The translations under genes and the position numbers were made by a program. A DNA stretch of 64,000 bases. Origin: Candidatus Rokuibacteriota bacterium (lineage in GTDB: Bacteria; Methylomirabilota; Methylomirabilia; Rokubacteriales; CSP1-6). Positions 60,213 to 64,000 of this stretch are shown here, piece by piece. The notes under the pieces were generated by a model that was not told the DNA's origin, did not search any database, and saw only the letters and a list, made by a program, of their open reading frames with translations. Each line of letters starts with the position of its first letter. Position 1 is the stretch's first letter. The DNA lies in contig JACPCW010000079.1 in the NCBI GenBank assembly GCA_016184365.1, forward strand, positions 5,661 through 69,660. Reading direction: 5' to 3'.

Positions 60213-61382
60213 TTACTCGATACCGGCCACTGCGAGCACGCGGCGCATCCGCTCCGTCGCCATGTCCGGATCGCGCAGCACGCCCGCCTGATCCGCCAGC
60301 CGGAAGAGCTCGGCCAGATGCACGGCCGAGCGCACGCTCTCCAGGCCGCCCACCATGCGGAAGTGCGACTGGTGGCCGTTCAGATACGCGAGGAAGACGA
60401 CACCGGTCTTGTAGAACCGGGTCGGCGCGCCGAAGACGTGCCGTGACAGCGGCAGCGTCGGCTGGAGCATGCGATCGAACTCGGCGATATCGCCGGCATC
60501 GAGCGCATGCAGGGCCGCGGACGCGGCCGGTGCGATCGCGTCGAAGATGCCGAGCAGCGCGTCGCTGAAGCGGCCTTCGGCATCCGTGCGGATCGTGGTC
60601 GGGTAATCGAAGTCGTCGCCGGTGTACATGTGCACCGTCTTCGGGAAGTGCCGGCGCATGGCGATCTCGCGGGCCTGGTCGAGGAGCGAGATCTTCACGC
60701 CGTCAATCTTCGCCGCGTGCTCGGACACGATCGCGAGCAGCGTCGCCGTCGCGCGATCCATGTCCGCCGAGCCCCAGTAGCCGCGCAGCGCGGGGTCGAA
60801 CATGTCGCCGAGCCAGTGGATGATCACCGGCTCGCGCGTCTGCGTCAGGATCCGCGCGTACACCTTCTCGTAGTCTTCCGGGCCGCGCGCGCATGCCGCG
60901 AGCGCGCGGCTCGCCATCAGGATGATGCGGCCGCCCACGCTCTCGATGTAGCCGATCTGCTCTTCGTACGCCGCTTCGACGTCCGCGATCGTGACGCGCG
61001 GTCCGGGCTCGAGCTGATCGGTGCCGGCGCCGGAGAAGACGACCGCGCCGGGCACCTTCTTCGCCTCGGCGACGGAGCGTCGGATGAGCTCCTTCGCGGG
61101 TGCCCACGCGAATCCCATGCCGCGTTGCGAGGTATCCATGGCCTCGGCGACCGCGAGCCCGAGCCCCCAGACGTAGCGCCGATACGCGAGCGTCGCCTCC
61201 CAGTCGAGATCGACGTCGAGCGACGGATTGTTGTTCGCGCGCGGATTGGCGACGACGTGCACCGCGGCGAACGGCACGCGGCTCGTGATCGGGCCGGCGG
61301 TCTGCGGATACGGCGACCGCTCGGACACGGCGTAGCGCGCGAGCGTTCCGTCGGGGCGCGGCAGGATCAGCGAGCGAGCCAT
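60213..61382 (-). CDS. DUF993 / dihydrodipicolinate-synthase-like TIM-barrel protein
   Basis: AEAMDTSQRGMG, GAGTD, HWLGDMFDPAL.GYWG, YTGDDF, YKTGVVFLAYLNG. Confidence 0.82.
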   Translation of the reverse strand: MARSLILPRPDGTLARYAVSERSPYPQTAGPITSRVPFAAVHVVANPRANNNPSLDVDLDWEATLAYRRYVWGLGLAVAEAMDTSQRGMGFAWAPAKELIRRSVAEAKKVPGAVVFSGAGTDQLEPGPRVTIADVEAAYEEQIGYIESVGGRIILMASRALAACARGPEDYEKVYARILTQTREPVIIHWLGDMFDPALRGYWGSADMDRATATLLAIVSEHAAKIDGVKISLLDQAREIAMRRHFPKTVHMYTGDDFDYPTTIRTDAEGRFSDALLGIFDAIAPAASAALHALDAGDIAEFDRMLQPTLPLSRHVFGAPTRFYKTGVVFLAYLNGHQSHFRMVGGLESVRSAVHLAELFRLADQAGVLRDPDMATERMRRVLAVAGIE

Positions 61383-61464
61383 GGAGACCTCCTTGGGTGG
61401 CCCCATCGTACCGCCGCTCGGACCCCTGTGAGAAGATTCAGCGCGCGATCAGGAGGGTGCCTGC

Positions 61465-62331
61465 ATGGAACGACGGCGACTCGGACGGACGGGACATCGA
61501 TCCACGGTCGTGACGTTCGGCGCCGTCGCGGTCGGACGGCTGGAGCAGGATGCCGCGGATCGCGCGATCCAGCTCGTGCTCGACCGCGGCGTGAATCACT
61601 TCGACGTCGCGCCGCGGTACGCGGACGCCGAGCTGCGGCTCCAGCCGTGGATGCCGCGGATCCGCGACCGGGTGTTTCTCGGCGGCAAGACGGCCGAGCG
61701 CACGCGCGAGGCGGCGTGGGAACAGCTGAACCGCTCGCTCGAGCGGCTCGGCACGGACCATCTCGATCTCTACCAGCTCCACTCGGTCGGCAAGATCGCG
61801 GACCTCGACGCGTGCACCGCGCGGGGCGGCGCCCTCGAGGCGCTCGTGCAGGCGCGCGAGCAGGGCCTCGTGCGGTGGCTCGGGGTGACCGGGCACACGC
61901 ACGCCGCGCCGGGCACGCACTTCGAGGCGCTCCGCCGCTTCGATTTCGACACGGTCATGTTCCCGCTGAACTTCGTGCTGTGGGCCGATCCGGCGTACCG
62001 GCGCGACGCGACGGCGCTGCTCGACGAATGCGCGCGGCGCGACGTCGGCGTGCACATCATCAAGACGGTTGCGAAGGATTCATGGGGCGAGCGCGCGAAG
62101 ACGCATGCGACCTGGTACGAGCCGTTCACCGACCAGGGCGTCATCGACCGCGCCGTCGCCTTCGTGCTGTCGAAGCCGGTCACGACGCTCACGACCGTCG
62201 GCGACGTCGGCGTGCTGCCGAAGGTGCTCGATGCCGCCGAGCGGTTCCGGCCGCTGACCCCCGAGGCGGAAGCTGCGCTCGTCCGCGAGGCCGGGCAGTA
62301 TCACTCGCCATTCGTCGGCTCGTGGGCCTAG
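61465..62331 (+). CDS. Aldo/keto reductase
   Basis: RRLGRTG, FDVAPRY, SLERL.TDHLDLYQLH. Confidence 0.9.
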   Translation: MERRRLGRTGHRSTVVTFGAVAVGRLEQDAADRAIQLVLDRGVNHFDVAPRYADAELRLQPWMPRIRDRVFLGGKTAERTREAAWEQLNRSLERLGTDHLDLYQLHSVGKIADLDACTARGGALEALVQAREQGLVRWLGVTGHTHAAPGTHFEALRRFDFDTVMFPLNFVLWADPAYRRDATALLDECARRDVGVHIIKTVAKDSWGERAKTHATWYEPFTDQGVIDRAVAFVLSKPVTTLTTVGDVGVLPKVLDAAERFRPLTPEAEAALVREAGQYHSPFVGSWA

Positions 62332-62333
62332 CG

Positions 62334-62747
62334 ATGGATCTCGCGGACGCAACGGTCCAGCGCTATCTCGCCACGAAGGACGTGGCGCTGCTCGCGACCG
62401 TCAACCCCGACGGATCGCCGCTCGCGATGCCGATGTGGTTCCTGCACAATCCCGCGACCCTGACGATGATCAGCGTCGCCGGCCTCGCCAAGGTGCGGAA
62501 CCTGACACGCGATCCGCGCGTCTGCGTCGTCGCCGAGAGCGGCGGACGCGGTGACATCCGCGGGGTCGCGGTGCAGGGCCGCGCCGAGTTTCTCGATGAC
62601 TCGCCCGAGCGCCGCGCGCTCGTCGAGCGCTTCCTCGACAAGTACGACCCGCACCTCGCGAAGCTCTGGAACGGCCGCGTGATGCCGCCGACCCGGGTGA
62701 TGTTCCGCATCGTCCCGTCGCACGTCCGGTCCTGGGGCCTCGGGTGA
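62334..62747 (+). CDS. Pyridoxamine-5'-phosphate oxidase-like (PPOX, possibly F420-binding) protein
   Basis: LATVNPDGSP...PMWF, KVRNL.RDPRV, GRAE. Confidence 0.82.
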   Translation: MDLADATVQRYLATKDVALLATVNPDGSPLAMPMWFLHNPATLTMISVAGLAKVRNLTRDPRVCVVAESGGRGDIRGVAVQGRAEFLDDSPERRALVERFLDKYDPHLAKLWNGRVMPPTRVMFRIVPSHVRSWGLG

Positions 62748-63289
62748 TCGAGGAGCGTCACGGGTTCCCCGGGACGCTCCGAGCGTTGGGGGGTGTGGGG
62801 GGCCATGTCGGGGCCCCCCACGTGATTATCGGAGCCGGGATCCTCGGCGCCGCGACGGCGTATCACCTCGCGCGTGCCGGCCGCCGCGTCGTCGTGCTCG
62901 AAGCCGCCGTGCCCGCGAGCGGAGCGAGCGCGAACTCGTTCGCGTGGGTCAACGCGGTTCACAAGGAGCCCGAGCCGTACCACCGGCTGAACGCCGCCGG
63001 TGTCGCCGAGTACGCGACGGTGATGAAGGAGCTCGGCGAGGACTCACGCTCGCCATTCCCGCCGGCGCGGAGATCGCGCTGTTCGAGCCCGACGGCTGGG
63101 TCGACGCGCCGCGCCTGATCGCGACGTTCCTCGCGCGCGCGCAGGCGCTCGGCGCCGAGGTGCGCACCGAGACGGCGGTGCGCGGGTTGAGGCGCGACGG
63201 CGCTGCTCGGCCGGCTGATCGCCGCCGAGATGACCGGCGCGCCCGCGGACGAGCTGCTCGCGCCGTTCCGCCCGTCCCGCTTCCGCTGA
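62744..63289 (+). pseudogene. FAD-dependent oxidoreductase (DAO family) with two internal deletions/frameshifts
   Basis: IIGAGILGAATAYHL..GASANSFAWVN, then DGWVDAPRL in a second frame, then LLAPFRPSRFR* after a further shift. Only ~550 nt in total. Confidence 0.8.
62748..62821 (+). repeat. Family A copy 5, in frame at the DAO-family N-terminus
   Basis: Encodes MIEERHGFPGTLRALGGVGGHVGAPH. GTGA start/stop overlap directly before it. Confidence 0.92.
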
Positions 63290-63510
63290 CCAGCTGATTT
63301 TTCCATTGACAGGGTTCTTGAGACTGCAACGGCGCATGTCGAGAGCGCATCGTCAGATGGCCATTGGAAGGGCCGTGGAGGTGCGTTCATCAGGGCGATG
63401 TTCCGCGAGGCGAAAAAAAGAAGGTTCACGGCGAGAACGTGTCTCCACGAGGCTCCCAGGCGGCTCCGAAAACGGTGGTTAGAGTTGCCACAGCGCAAGG
63501 GGGGCTCGCC

Positions 63511-64000
63511 ATGGAGATTCACGGGGTCACGGTCCTTCCCCACCCGGAACCGATCGCCGAGCTGAGGCGGCTGGGTGACGAGATCGCCGAGCTGGCGGCG
63601 CACCTCGATGCCGCCACCGCGCGCCTGCTGGAGCTGATCCGCGAGTTCGACGCCCGCGGGGGCTGGAGCAGCTTCCCGTCGTGTGCCGCGTGGCTGACCT
63701 ATCGCGTGGGCCTCGGGCGCGGCGCCGCGCGCGAGAAGGTCCGCGTGGCCCGCGCGCTCGGGACATTGCCGCAGATCGCCGGCGCGCTCGCGCGCGGCGA
63801 GGTCTCGTATGCCAAGGTGCGGGCGCTCACCCGCGTGGCGACGCCGGACACCGAAGAGCGGCTGCTCGCGTACGCGCGGGCCGATACGGCCGCCCACGTC
63901 GAGCGACTCGTGCAGGGCTGGCGCACGGTGGATCGGAATGCCGAGGCCCGGGAAAGTGAGCGGCAGCACCGGAGCCGCGGGGTGCACGTCTATCAGGACG
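63511..64000 (+). CDS. DUF222-domain protein (usually with a C-terminal HNH endonuclease), runs off window end
   Basis: Manual translation: LGDEIAELAAHLDAATARLLELIREFDARGGW..SCAAWL..AAREKVRVARAL..GEVSYAKVRALTRVATP. Confidence 0.82.
   Translation, partial: MEIHGVTVLPHPEPIAELRRLGDEIAELAAHLDAATARLLELIREFDARGGWSSFPSCAAWLTYRVGLGRGAAREKVRVARALGTLPQIAGALARGEVSYAKVRALTRVATPDTEERLLAYARADTAAHVERLVQGWRTVDRNAEARESERQHRSRGVHVYQD

Overview
GC-rich bacterial chromosomal window that is densely coding. The gene content is compatible with Candidatus Rokubacteria/Methylomirabilota, but that is inference only. About 55 intact CDSs are recognisable: MqnA, two amidohydrolases, a phnDCE-type ABC transporter, a tungsten-type aldehyde:ferredoxin oxidoreductase, a ~14 kb catabolic cluster (PotD-like binding protein, hydantoinase A/B, SDR, CoxMSL-like Mo-hydroxylase, ABC transporter, ComDE-like decarboxylase), pgm, arsC/acr3, pstSCAB-phoU, phoBR, a second hydantoinase A/B pair and the start of a DUF222 gene. 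I recognised no rRNA, tRNA or CRISPR array. The most striking signals are non-coding. (1) A ~75-bp two-hairpin repeat with compensatory base changes occurs in 5 full copies and 1 partial copy. It always lies in sense orientation 0-26 nt after a stop codon, and in 4 cases it forms the in-frame N-terminus of the next protein. (2) A ~150-bp element occurs in 3 copies, with a covarying 28-31 bp closing stem whose mismatches are all G-T/U wobbles on one strand. (3) A 65-bp tandem repeat forms a TGATG-coupled chain of mini-ORFs. (4) There is a 105-bp CTAG-bounded MITE. Several pseudogenes have lost their middles, and many genes look leaderless. All calls were made by eye, with no database searches.
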